A model generated the notes under the pieces. It made no database searches and had not been told where the DNA came from. It worked only from the letters and a program-made list of their open reading frames with translations. This document shows, in pieces, positions 47,923 through 56,137 of a stretch of DNA of 64,000 nt. Origin of the DNA: Parcubacteria group bacterium (GTDB lineage Bacteria > Patescibacteriota > Microgenomatia > UBA1400 > PJMF01); the NCBI GenBank assembly GCA_943350175.1, contig CALQZX010000005.1, positions 150 to 64,149 of the forward strand, in the 5' to 3' direction. A program made the translations under genes and the position numbers. Within the stretch, counting starts at the first letter, position 1, and every line of letters begins with the position of its first letter.

Positions 47923-48495
47923 TTAAGACCTTAATTTTTGTGCTATCGGCGCTAAGATTTTAATAAGTGGACCAAGCTCTGGGTCGTTTGAAAAAAGATT
48001 TTGAATTTTTGTGATTTTATTGATTCTAGTTTGGCCATCGATGTAATTATTTAAGCGAAAGAAATCATCTGCCATGGTTTTTGAAATTATCGACAGATCA
48101 TGTTCATTGTGAGATAAATAGTAATGATAAGCATCTGTATTCATCAGCCTATCTTTTTCTCTTTGAATCTGAGCTTGCTCTTTATCTGGTCTTTTTTTAA
48201 TATATCCCGACCATTTTTCAGGCAAATTATTTTTGGAGAATTTCAATCCAATTGGAGATAACATCCAACCATTTTTATGAGAACCAACAACGTAATTGTC
48301 GATATTTCCAGCGGCGGCGATAGCTTTTCTAACTGACTCTAGATCAATATTTTGTTTAAATTTCCTCCAAGAAAATATTCCTGGCGCAATTTCCGCTACC
48401 TTCATAGCAATGTTCTCAGTATCAACTGATTCTTTAACTCCATTAAGTGCGTACAAGGCTAAAGTGACAAGTTGTTTTTGATTTAGTTCACTCAT
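47923..48495 (-). CDS. hypothetical protein, co-transcribed partner of the GHKL ATPase (2-nt spacing)
   Basis: 190-aa ORF immediately upstream on the same strand. Possible winged-helix-like N-terminus. No catalytic motif recognised. Confidence 0.35.
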   Translation of the reverse strand: MSELNQKQLVTLALYALNGVKESVDTENIAMKVAEIAPGIFSWRKFKQNIDLESVRKAIAAAGNIDNYVVGSHKNGWMLSPIGLKFSKNNLPEKWSGYIKKRPDKEQAQIQREKDRLMNTDAYHYYLSHNEHDLSIISKTMADDFFRLNNYIDGQTRINKITKIQNLFSNDPELGPLIKILAPIAQKLRS

Positions 48496-48523
48496 AATTA
48501 ATATTAATAGTTGTATTTATACG

Positions 48524-50704
48524 TTGTATCATATAATACAACTATTGAATATGAAAATGGAATACCCATCTAGAAAATCACCTCTCGTTCCAAAGCCGCT
48601 TCTTTCAGTTTTAGAAAAAATTATTATTCCAGAGGAGATTTGTCAAAAGCATGGCATTAAATTTAATAGCAATATTTTAGACATTGCTCAGATCCAATTG
48701 CTGGATTTATCGGCAGATGCCATAGAGGATCTTGGGAGATTTGTTGCAGCATGTGTTGGTGAAAAAAATAGTGAACTTAAGAAAATTAATGGCATGATAT
48801 CTTCAATTTCTTTAAAAGCTAAATTTGTTATGTCTAAAATTAATATTCGTAATAAAAATTCTCTCATGAGATCTGGGTTTAAAGATTCAGATGATTTTTC
48901 TCAAATTCCACTTTCAAGCCTATTTAAAGTTAAGAATCTTGGTCCATTGGGAATATTGGAAATATTTTCAGTTCTATATTTATTTACTGATAAAAACTCT
49001 TATGATAATAAAAATAACGACCTAGTGTTTTCTAAAGCCCTTTCGAATTTAGCTTTAGAGTTATCAAAAAAAGATTGGGCAACGAATGTCTACATAAATG
49101 ATCCAAGAATTGCAGACGATTTAGAATTGCTAGATATGGGATTTGAAAATTTAACTTTAGCTGAGGTTGCTAAAAAAATTGAATCTTCAGCTCATCAAGT
49201 TGAAACAGTGCAATCAAAAAAATATTTACTTAGAAGTTTTATTTTAAAAAATGAACAAAGGTTAAATTTTAATTTAAAACAAGAGGTTGTTGAAATTATT
49301 GAATTCATTGAAACAAACTTTAAGTATAGGCAAATAGTGACTGCCAGGTTGGGATTGGATGGAGAGGATCCTATAACGCTAGAAGAAGTAGGACAAAAAA
49401 TGGGAATTACGCGCGAACGAGTTAGGCAAATTGAGGCAAAAACTATAAAAAAAATTAAAAACTATCTTCCTATTTGGACCCCTGTATTGGACAAAGCAAT
49501 AAAAATAATCTCAAAATATTCCTTAATTCATGAAAATAAACTTCAAATGGTGTTACTTAAAGAGAAAGTTGTCGCAGAAAGGTTTTCAATAAAATCAATT
49601 CAAAAAATAGCAGAAGTTTTTAGTAGAAATATTAGAATTGAATTTGATGCAGAAACAAAGCTAGTTGGTTCTAATGAACTAATTCAATATGTTCCAAAAA
49701 TATTGGGAGTGATTATTAGATTAATTGATCATTGGGGTGCACTAAATATTGATAATGTAGTTTTAAAGTTGGAACAAGATGGGATAAAAGTAAATAGTCA
49801 GCATTTAGTAGAAATACTCGAAATTAATAAAGATATCTGTTGGTTAGACGATGATAAAAAATGGTTTTGGATAAAAACGCGAAATAGTAGGAACAGGGTA
49901 TTAAACTCTATTGAGAAAATAATGTCTGTGGCTGGAGAAATTAATCTTGGAGATTTAAGAAATGGAACAGGTCGCAGCAATAGAATGCATGGCGTTAGAT
50001 TGCCAAGTAAAATTTTGCTTTCTCTTTGTTTGTCGTCAGGCAAATATATTGAGCTAGAAGGTAAAAGGATAGGTGGAATTAATCTACCAGATTGGGGTGA
50101 AACACTAACAGGTGTTGAAAAAACACTTGTTGAAATTTTATTTAGAAATGGATTTGTAATGAAAAGGGAAAAGCTTGAAGAAGCAGCAATATCTTCTGGA
50201 ATAAACAAATCAACATTCTATGTTTATCTGGGTTATTCACCAGTAATTCAAAGATATGCTCATGGAGTCTATGGTTTAAGAGGGGCTTCTATTAATGCAG
50301 CTAAAGTTAAATCTCTAATTCCTCAGCTTATTAGAAAAGGTAAGTCCATTCAGGACTATGGATTTACTGATTCCGGAAATCCATGGATAGGATTTAAAAT
50401 GTCACGCTCCTCCACAGCAAGTGGAGTTTTAGGTTCTCCAAGTTCATTTTCGAGATATATTATCGGTTCATATAAACTCATCACTGAAACAAAAGAAGTA
50501 GTTGGGACACTTGTTGTAAAAAGTAATAATATGTGGGGATTATCTCCATTTTTCAGAACATGGGGAGTTGAAAGCGGTGATTACATAGTTTTGGAATTTA
50601 AAAAAAGTAATGATACTGTATTAGTGACGGCAGGAGATCAAGAATTACTTGGTTGCTATCAGAACAAAGAAGAATTCCAATTTGTAGAGCAAGTGCTTAT
50701 TTAG
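48524..50704 (+). CDS. large hypothetical protein with embedded sigma-70 region-4-like HTH
   Basis: Residues ~283-312, DPITLEEVGQKMGITRERVRQIEAKTIKKIKN, match the sigma70_r4 consensus (TLEEVG…TRERIRQIE.KAL.KL). The rest is unrecognised. The true start is probably at 48551/48557 (MKMEYP…). Confidence 0.45.
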   Translation: MYHIIQLLNMKMEYPSRKSPLVPKPLLSVLEKIIIPEEICQKHGIKFNSNILDIAQIQLLDLSADAIEDLGRFVAACVGEKNSELKKINGMISSISLKAKFVMSKINIRNKNSLMRSGFKDSDDFSQIPLSSLFKVKNLGPLGILEIFSVLYLFTDKNSYDNKNNDLVFSKALSNLALELSKKDWATNVYINDPRIADDLELLDMGFENLTLAEVAKKIESSAHQVETVQSKKYLLRSFILKNEQRLNFNLKQEVVEIIEFIETNFKYRQIVTARLGLDGEDPITLEEVGQKMGITRERVRQIEAKTIKKIKNYLPIWTPVLDKAIKIISKYSLIHENKLQMVLLKEKVVAERFSIKSIQKIAEVFSRNIRIEFDAETKLVGSNELIQYVPKILGVIIRLIDHWGALNIDNVVLKLEQDGIKVNSQHLVEILEINKDICWLDDDKKWFWIKTRNSRNRVLNSIEKIMSVAGEINLGDLRNGTGRSNRMHGVRLPSKILLSLCLSSGKYIELEGKRIGGINLPDWGETLTGVEKTLVEILFRNGFVMKREKLEEAAISSGINKSTFYVYLGYSPVIQRYAHGVYGLRGASINAAKVKSLIPQLIRKGKSIQDYGFTDSGNPWIGFKMSRSSTASGVLGSPSSFSRYIIGSYKLITETKEVVGTLVVKSNNMWGLSPFFRTWGVESGDYIVLEFKKSNDTVLVTAGDQELLGCYQNKEEFQFVEQVLI

Positions 50705-51075
50705 AAGTTATTGAGATTTATGACTGTGAGTAATCGCTTAGCTTTTTAATATGTTTCTATAAACATATAGGTAATATCTAACCTAAATTAAGATCAAACC
50801 CTACTTCCTCAGGCGTAAACCAATTCCCCATCACATTTAAAATCTTCTCAAGTGACTGACTTAAATTTTCCACCCAATTTATATCTGGTTCGCCAAGTAA
50901 AAGAAGGACGTCAGAAATGGCGTCTTTTTTTGTTTATGATCTTAAATCTGAGTCGGACGGCGAAACTAGTTCGCGACGGAAAGTGAATCCGATTTTTGGT
51001 GAATACGACTCTTTATCGTTATTTGTGATATATTTTAATTGTTTTGTGAACACAAGCAATTAAAATGAAGGATTT

Positions 51076-51381
51076 TTGATGTGCGAAGATGATTCTAAAC
51101 AGGAAAGTATATTGCTGGGGCAACTAGATAGAACTAATCCAGCGACACGTGCAGAGCAGCCTTCTCAAGAAATTTTAACTGAAATGACCAAGCTTTTATT
51201 GGCAAGTAATACGTTTATAGAGTGGAATGCCTTCATATCAAGTATTATTTCAAGAAATAGAGGAATTATTCCACAGTCTTTGCTTAATGAAATCGCTCAG
51301 CCTGGTTCTGCACTTCAGAATCATCTCAACGATTTAAAAATTAAAGAATTTGGCAACACTTTTTCAAGAAAAAAATATTAA
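51076..51381 (+). CDS. doubtful small ORF at island edge
   Basis: 101-aa ORF with no motif. Confidence 0.2.
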   Translation: MMCEDDSKQESILLGQLDRTNPATRAEQPSQEILTEMTKLLLASNTFIEWNAFISSIISRNRGIIPQSLLNEIAQPGSALQNHLNDLKIKEFGNTFSRKKY

Positions 51382-51397
51382 AATATTTATAATTAAT

Positions 51398-51471
51398 GCG
51401 ACCGTAGTTCAGCGGTAGAATGCAAGCTTCCCAAGCTTGAGGTGAGGGTTCGACTCCCTTCGGTCGCTCCA
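51398..51471 (+). tRNA. tRNA-Gly (anticodon CCC), CCA encoded
   Basis: Acceptor GCGACCG/CGGTCGC, anticodon arm CAAGC-ttCCCaa-GCTTG, T-arm GAGGG-TTCGACT-CCCTT, 3' TCCA. Confidence 0.85.
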
Positions 51472-51472
51472 G

Positions 51473-51811
51473 ATGAATAAAAAAATATTAGTTTCAACAT
51501 CGGCTATCATTTTTTCCTGCTTAGCACTATTGCTATTAAATTCGCAGTCTCTTTTACTTTGCTCAACCCTAATCTTGTTGGCTTTTGCAAAACACAAGAT
51601 TTATCCAATTAAAAAAGAATTATTTTGGTATTTATTAGTTGGATTTGGAGGAGCATTTGTTGAAATTATTTTAGTAAATTTTGGAAATGCTTGGAGTTAT
51701 TCAGCTCAGCATCTTTTCAATATTCCAATTTGGATGCCATTTTTTTGGGCAACATTAGGGACTACAATAATATCGTTATACGAAGGAATTAATCTTAAGG
51801 AATCTAAATGA
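51473..51811 (+). CDS. small hypothetical membrane protein (3 TM)
   Basis: 112-aa hydrophobic ORF starting 2 nt after tRNA-Gly. Overlaps the next gene by 4 nt. Confidence 0.35.
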   Translation: MNKKILVSTSAIIFSCLALLLLNSQSLLLCSTLILLAFAKHKIYPIKKELFWYLLVGFGGAFVEIILVNFGNAWSYSAQHLFNIPIWMPFFWATLGTTIISLYEGINLKESK

Positions 51812-52392
51812 GACATCACCAAGTCGCAAAATTAGTTGAACAAGCTTATCTTTCTTCCAAGCAAAACATCGCTCTTTGGATGTGGCAAAATCATTTGCAG
51901 TTTGTAGCTCAAAAAGCTTCGGAACTTTCAGACAAATTTAACGCCAATGCAGACTTAGCTGTTGCTGGAGCTTTTTTACATGACTTTGGCGATGCTTTTG
52001 TCAGTCGTCACGCTGATAACCATGAAGAAATCTCTAAGCAAGAATCCATTAAAGTTTTACAAAAGGCAGACTATTCCTCACAAGAAATTCAAGAAATCTT
52101 AGAAAAAATTATCGCTCCCCACTCCTGCTACGAAGGAAATATGCCAGAAACTTTGGAGGGCAAGGTTTTGGCAACTGCTGATGCGCTCGCTCATTTGACC
52201 ACTGATTTTTATGTCCAGTTCGCTTGGAAAAATATGCCGGACGGAAAATCTTATCAAGAGTTCTTGGTTTGGGTCGGTGAAAAACTTGAGCGAGATTTCA
52301 ACGATAAAATCTTTTTTGAAGAAATCAAAGATGAAGTGCGAGAAAAATATTTAGCTTTAAAATTAGTATTTAGTTCTTCAAAAATGCTTTAG
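51808..52392 (+). CDS. HD-domain phosphohydrolase
   Basis: AGAFLHDFGDAFVSRHADNHEE (H…HD…D) metal-ligand pattern. Confidence 0.6.
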   Translation: MRHHQVAKLVEQAYLSSKQNIALWMWQNHLQFVAQKASELSDKFNANADLAVAGAFLHDFGDAFVSRHADNHEEISKQESIKVLQKADYSSQEIQEILEKIIAPHSCYEGNMPETLEGKVLATADALAHLTTDFYVQFAWKNMPDGKSYQEFLVWVGEKLERDFNDKIFFEEIKDEVREKYLALKLVFSSSKML

Positions 52393-52398
52393 TTTCTC

Positions 52399-53085
52399 TT
52401 ATCTAATTCTCTCTCCAGTCCCACCATCGTAGGCGACTAAATCTTCAGGTCTAGATGAAGTAGATTCAATAATCGAGCGCTGTTTGGTGAAATATGCTTC
52501 GTTTTCGCGATAAAACTGTTCATCATTGGCATAAGGAACCGCTCCGTCTGGATATCTTGCAAATTCTTTTTTGAACAAATCTGTGATCAACTTTTCTCTT
52601 TCAGGCAGAACTAGTCCATTTGCAGGATTACTTAATGGATTTGCCTCGTAGGAATAACCCTGCCCAAAAAATTTATGGAGTATTGCTTCGATGCGTGGGT
52701 AATGTTGAGTATCAGAATTATATGTAAACCTCCTCCATTCAGGATGATATTCTCGAATATATTTAAGCATTGCGCCTGCTTCAGTGGCTGTATCAAACCC
52801 GGCTTTCATTGGAGTTACATTAGTAAAACCGTCGTAGCCTGTTAATAAACGTGATGTAGTGATGGACATAGATTCATCTGGATAATTTTTACCAGTGTGA
52901 TAATTATGTTGTCCACCACCAACTAATATTGGAAAATCACTACTAATCATTCCCTCATCTCGTAATCTATAAATTTGAAGTATGCGACCGATGCTTAAAT
53001 GGTTCGCCTGGTATTTTTCTTGAAGTACATCTAGAGTCACTCCACCCATAAAACACAAAATTGCATCAGAATCAAGTTTGCTCAT
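52399..53085 (-). CDS. hypothetical protein
   Basis: 228-aa ORF with coding-like composition and no confident motif. Weak DUF218-like GGG segment. Confidence 0.4.
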   Translation of the reverse strand: MSKLDSDAILCFMGGVTLDVLQEKYQANHLSIGRILQIYRLRDEGMISSDFPILVGGGQHNYHTGKNYPDESMSITTSRLLTGYDGFTNVTPMKAGFDTATEAGAMLKYIREYHPEWRRFTYNSDTQHYPRIEAILHKFFGQGYSYEANPLSNPANGLVLPEREKLITDLFKKEFARYPDGAVPYANDEQFYRENEAYFTKQRSIIESTSSRPEDLVAYDGGTGERIR

Positions 53086-53159
53086 ATCTGTATTTTAAAT
53101 TAAAATAACTCTAGAGTCATCACAAATATCATCCGGAACTCTATTAATAAAATTATAAT

Positions 53160-54077
53160 ATGCAAAATTTCATCACCCTCAGCAATGGCCAGCAAATGCC
53201 AAGCCTCGGCCTTGGTACTTGGAGGTCTTTGACTGGAACTGGTAAAACAGCGGTCAAATACGCCATAGAAAAAGTCGGCTATCGTCATATCGATTGCGCC
53301 AGTGTCTATAAAAATGAAAAAGAGATTGGCGAGGCTTTTAATGAAGTTTTTAGCAGTGACAAAATCAAAAGAAGCGAAGTTTTTATTACCAGTAAATTAT
53401 GGTGTACCGATCATCACAGCGATAATGTAGAAAAAGCTTGTCGCCAAACTTTGGCAGATCTAAAGCTTGAATATTTAGATCTCTATTTAATGCATTGGGG
53501 AATTGCTTTTGAACATGGTGGCGATCTAGAGCCAATCGGCAGCGATGGCGTTATCAAAACAGCAGCAGTTTCTACGCAGGAAACTTGGCAAGCTATGGAA
53601 AAGTTGGTGGAAAAAGGCTTAGTTAAAGCAATCGGTGTCGCTAACTTCACAACCGCGATGTTAATTGATCTGCTTGGCTACGCTAGGATTAAACCAGCTG
53701 TCAATCAAATTGAAATTCACCCATACAATAGTCAACCTGAATTGGTTTCTTTTTGCCAAAAAAACAATATTGCAGTAACCGCCTATTCTCCACTTGGTTC
53801 TGCTGGAGATTTGGACAACAAACCTTTGAGTGATGAAGTTGTTGTAGAAATCGCCGGAACACACGCTAAATCCCCTGCACAAATTTTAATTAAATGGTCA
53901 ATGCAGCGCGGTCTAATTGTCATTCCAAAAAGTATCAAAGAATCACGCATGGATGAAAACTTCAATGTCTTTGATTTTGAATTAACTGATGAAGAAATGA
54001 ACAGAATTAATAAGCTAAATAAAAATCATCGTTTTATAAATCCAATTGAGTGGTGGGGCGTGCCATATTTCAATTAA
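53160..54077 (+). CDS. aldo/keto reductase
   Basis: LGLGTWRS, catalytic tetrad context (D…Y…K…H), and the IPKS motif of the AKR family. Confidence 0.85.
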   Translation: MQNFITLSNGQQMPSLGLGTWRSLTGTGKTAVKYAIEKVGYRHIDCASVYKNEKEIGEAFNEVFSSDKIKRSEVFITSKLWCTDHHSDNVEKACRQTLADLKLEYLDLYLMHWGIAFEHGGDLEPIGSDGVIKTAAVSTQETWQAMEKLVEKGLVKAIGVANFTTAMLIDLLGYARIKPAVNQIEIHPYNSQPELVSFCQKNNIAVTAYSPLGSAGDLDNKPLSDEVVVEIAGTHAKSPAQILIKWSMQRGLIVIPKSIKESRMDENFNVFDFELTDEEMNRINKLNKNHRFINPIEWWGVPYFN

Positions 54078-54130
54078 TTGTAGTAAAATTATCCGTTGAG
54101 CGTGATCATTTTTGTTTAAATTTTACAAAG

Positions 54131-54203
54131 TGCCAAAGTAGCTCAGCTGGTAGAGCAACGGTATCGTAAACCGTAGGTCGTGGGTTCGATCCCCACCTTT
54201 GGC
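54131..54203 (+). tRNA. tRNA-Thr (anticodon CGT), CCA not encoded
   Basis: Acceptor GCCAAAG/CTTTGGC, D-arm GCTC-AGCTGGTAG-AGC, anticodon arm ACGGT-atCGTaa-ACCGT, T-arm GTGGG-TTCGATC-CCCAC. Confidence 0.8.
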
Positions 54204-54237
54204 TCAAAAGTAGTAATATAAAATATAGTAAAAACCT

Positions 54238-55002
54238 ATGTTTAACTCTAAAAATTATTCATCTATGTATCAACAAAAAAATGATAAAAAAGGTTTTGCC
54301 TCTTCCCGCTTGGTAAAAAGAGAAGAAAAGAAACTCAAAAAACAAACTTTTTATTATCTTTTTTTTGGCATTTTAATTCTTCTACTATTTATTTTTTTAA
54401 TCGTGCCAAATTTGATTAAGCTTTTCTTTGCGGTAATAGATAAAGATTCTCCTTTTGTAGAAAAAGACACCACTCCTCCACAAGTGCCGATTCTTTCTAG
54501 TTCTCCAGTTGAGGCGACTTTTTCTGCGAGCCTCAATCTTCGTGGTTTTGCTGAACCAAAGAGCAAGGTGGTTTTCTTGCTCGACTCAGTTAAAACAGCT
54601 GAAATTCAAGTGGCTGAAGATGGAAAGTTTGAACATGAGTTAGCTTTGACAGACGGTGCAAACGAATTATTGATTTTTGGTATTGATGAAGCAGGCAATG
54701 AATCGCTCAAAACTAAATCCTATATGATCGCTCGTGATGGCGAAGCTCCAATTTTGGAAATAGAAGAACCAAAGGATGGCTCAGTGATTGAATTAAAGAA
54801 AAACCGCACCACCACCATCAAAGGCAAGACTGAATCAGAAGCTAAAGTGATGATTAATGACCGCTTGGTTTTGGCTGATAAAGAGGGAAATTTTTCCAGC
54901 AACTACTATCTGACTGAGGGTAAAAACGAACTTAAATTTATAGTGACTGATAAGGCTACTAATAAAACAGAGCGAACAATTGAAGTTGAATTTAAACTCT
55001 AG
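54238..55002 (+). CDS. membrane-anchored secreted protein with tandem Ig-like/beta-sandwich domains
   Basis: N-terminal TM (FYYLFFGILILLLFIFLIV), then beta-rich repeats. Confidence 0.4.
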   Translation: MFNSKNYSSMYQQKNDKKGFASSRLVKREEKKLKKQTFYYLFFGILILLLFIFLIVPNLIKLFFAVIDKDSPFVEKDTTPPQVPILSSSPVEATFSASLNLRGFAEPKSKVVFLLDSVKTAEIQVAEDGKFEHELALTDGANELLIFGIDEAGNESLKTKSYMIARDGEAPILEIEEPKDGSVIELKKNRTTTIKGKTESEAKVMINDRLVLADKEGNFSSNYYLTEGKNELKFIVTDKATNKTERTIEVEFKL

Positions 55003-56111
55003 TCTTCCGCCAAAAATAATCCAAGGAAAATTAAGACCACAAAGCTTTGGGTGATTCCATTATTAAACATGGCGTGGGTAACTAAACTAGAGATCAGGTA
55101 TAGGTTTTCTTTTTTACTGTACTTTAGTGAATTAGTTACTAGTAGTAAAAAAAATAAACCGCCCGCAACTCCCAAATTGCTAAGTAAAAAAACAATTAAA
55201 TTGTCAGCGAAATGAGAGTGGCTCGGAATATTTTTTGCAATTTGTCTATTTTGATTGGGAATAAAAAGGCCTTGGCCAATTAACCAATCTTTACCGCTTA
55301 TACTCTGTAAGATTTCTTGATCGTTGCTGATTCTAGCCTGCGTAGAAGTAGTTCTAAGGAGGTTCACTCCATCGCCGCCACTTTGCTTGGGTAGAAAAGG
55401 CAAACTAATAAAAAAGAAAACCAGAACTAAAAGAATTGTTTTTTTATTATTATTTTTATCAATAAAAAATATAAATAAACTGCTGATTAGAAAAGCTAAG
55501 TAAGATGCTCTAGAGTAAGTCAAAAGTAGCCCTACAGCGAATAAAGCAATAGCAGCCCAATTTTTCTTTTTTTGCCATAGATAATAATTCAAATTGAACA
55601 CGAAGATTAGTCCAGTGAAGGCAGGATCGAGAATAGTGCTAGTCAATCTATACAGGTGGTCGTCATAGCCAGAGTAAATTAAGAAACGCAAATCTGGCAA
55701 AAATAAATATTGAATGAATCCAAGAATCAGAATGTTAAAAGAAACCAATCTCCACAGCCAACTTTTATCTTTTAGTTGTCTTTGGAGCAGTAAAACAAAG
55801 ACAAAATAAGCAAGCAAGCGACCTAAATAAAGAATCGCTCTATAATCAAAGCGACCTTCAAATAAAGCGACGATCCAAGATATAAAAACAACTCCTAAAA
55901 AAAGAAAAATGATTTTTTTTGGAAAATCTTGAATTTTTTTCAACTTTTGAATAATTTTTTTTCGCTGCACTATTGCTGCAAAAAGATCTTTCATCAAAAA
56001 GCCAACAATCAATAGATCATGCAAGTAAAAAGCGACATTATTTGTCAATTGAACTCTTTGTAATTGTCCAAGAGAAAGCAGAAAAACAAAAGCAATTAAG
56101 AAGAATTTCAT
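54999..56111 (-). CDS. O-antigen ligase / Wzy_C-like polytopic membrane protein
   Basis: At least 10 TM helices and a central periplasmic loop with LLTYSRASYLAF, typical of the Wzy_C domain. Confidence 0.5.
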   Translation of the reverse strand: MKFFLIAFVFLLSLGQLQRVQLTNNVAFYLHDLLIVGFLMKDLFAAIVQRKKIIQKLKKIQDFPKKIIFLFLGVVFISWIVALFEGRFDYRAILYLGRLLAYFVFVLLLQRQLKDKSWLWRLVSFNILILGFIQYLFLPDLRFLIYSGYDDHLYRLTSTILDPAFTGLIFVFNLNYYLWQKKKNWAAIALFAVGLLLTYSRASYLAFLISSLFIFFIDKNNNKKTILLVLVFFFISLPFLPKQSGGDGVNLLRTTSTQARISNDQEILQSISGKDWLIGQGLFIPNQNRQIAKNIPSHSHFADNLIVFLLSNLGVAGGLFFLLLVTNSLKYSKKENLYLISSLVTHAMFNNGITQSFVVLIFLGLFLAED

Positions 56112-56137
56112 ATTTTATTTCGCTACAAGTCTATTAG

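Noticed and set aside
50906-50935. Hairpin plus T-run (aggacg…cgtcttttttt) as terminator of the 726-aa gene
   Set aside because: The stem is weak (≤6 bp with a G·U pair) and lies 200 nt downstream of the stop. Possible but not convincing enough to list as a feature.
51409-51597. 62-aa ORF on the minus strand
   Set aside because: It is antisense to tRNA-Gly (51398-51471) and to the start of the next plus-strand gene, so it is spurious.
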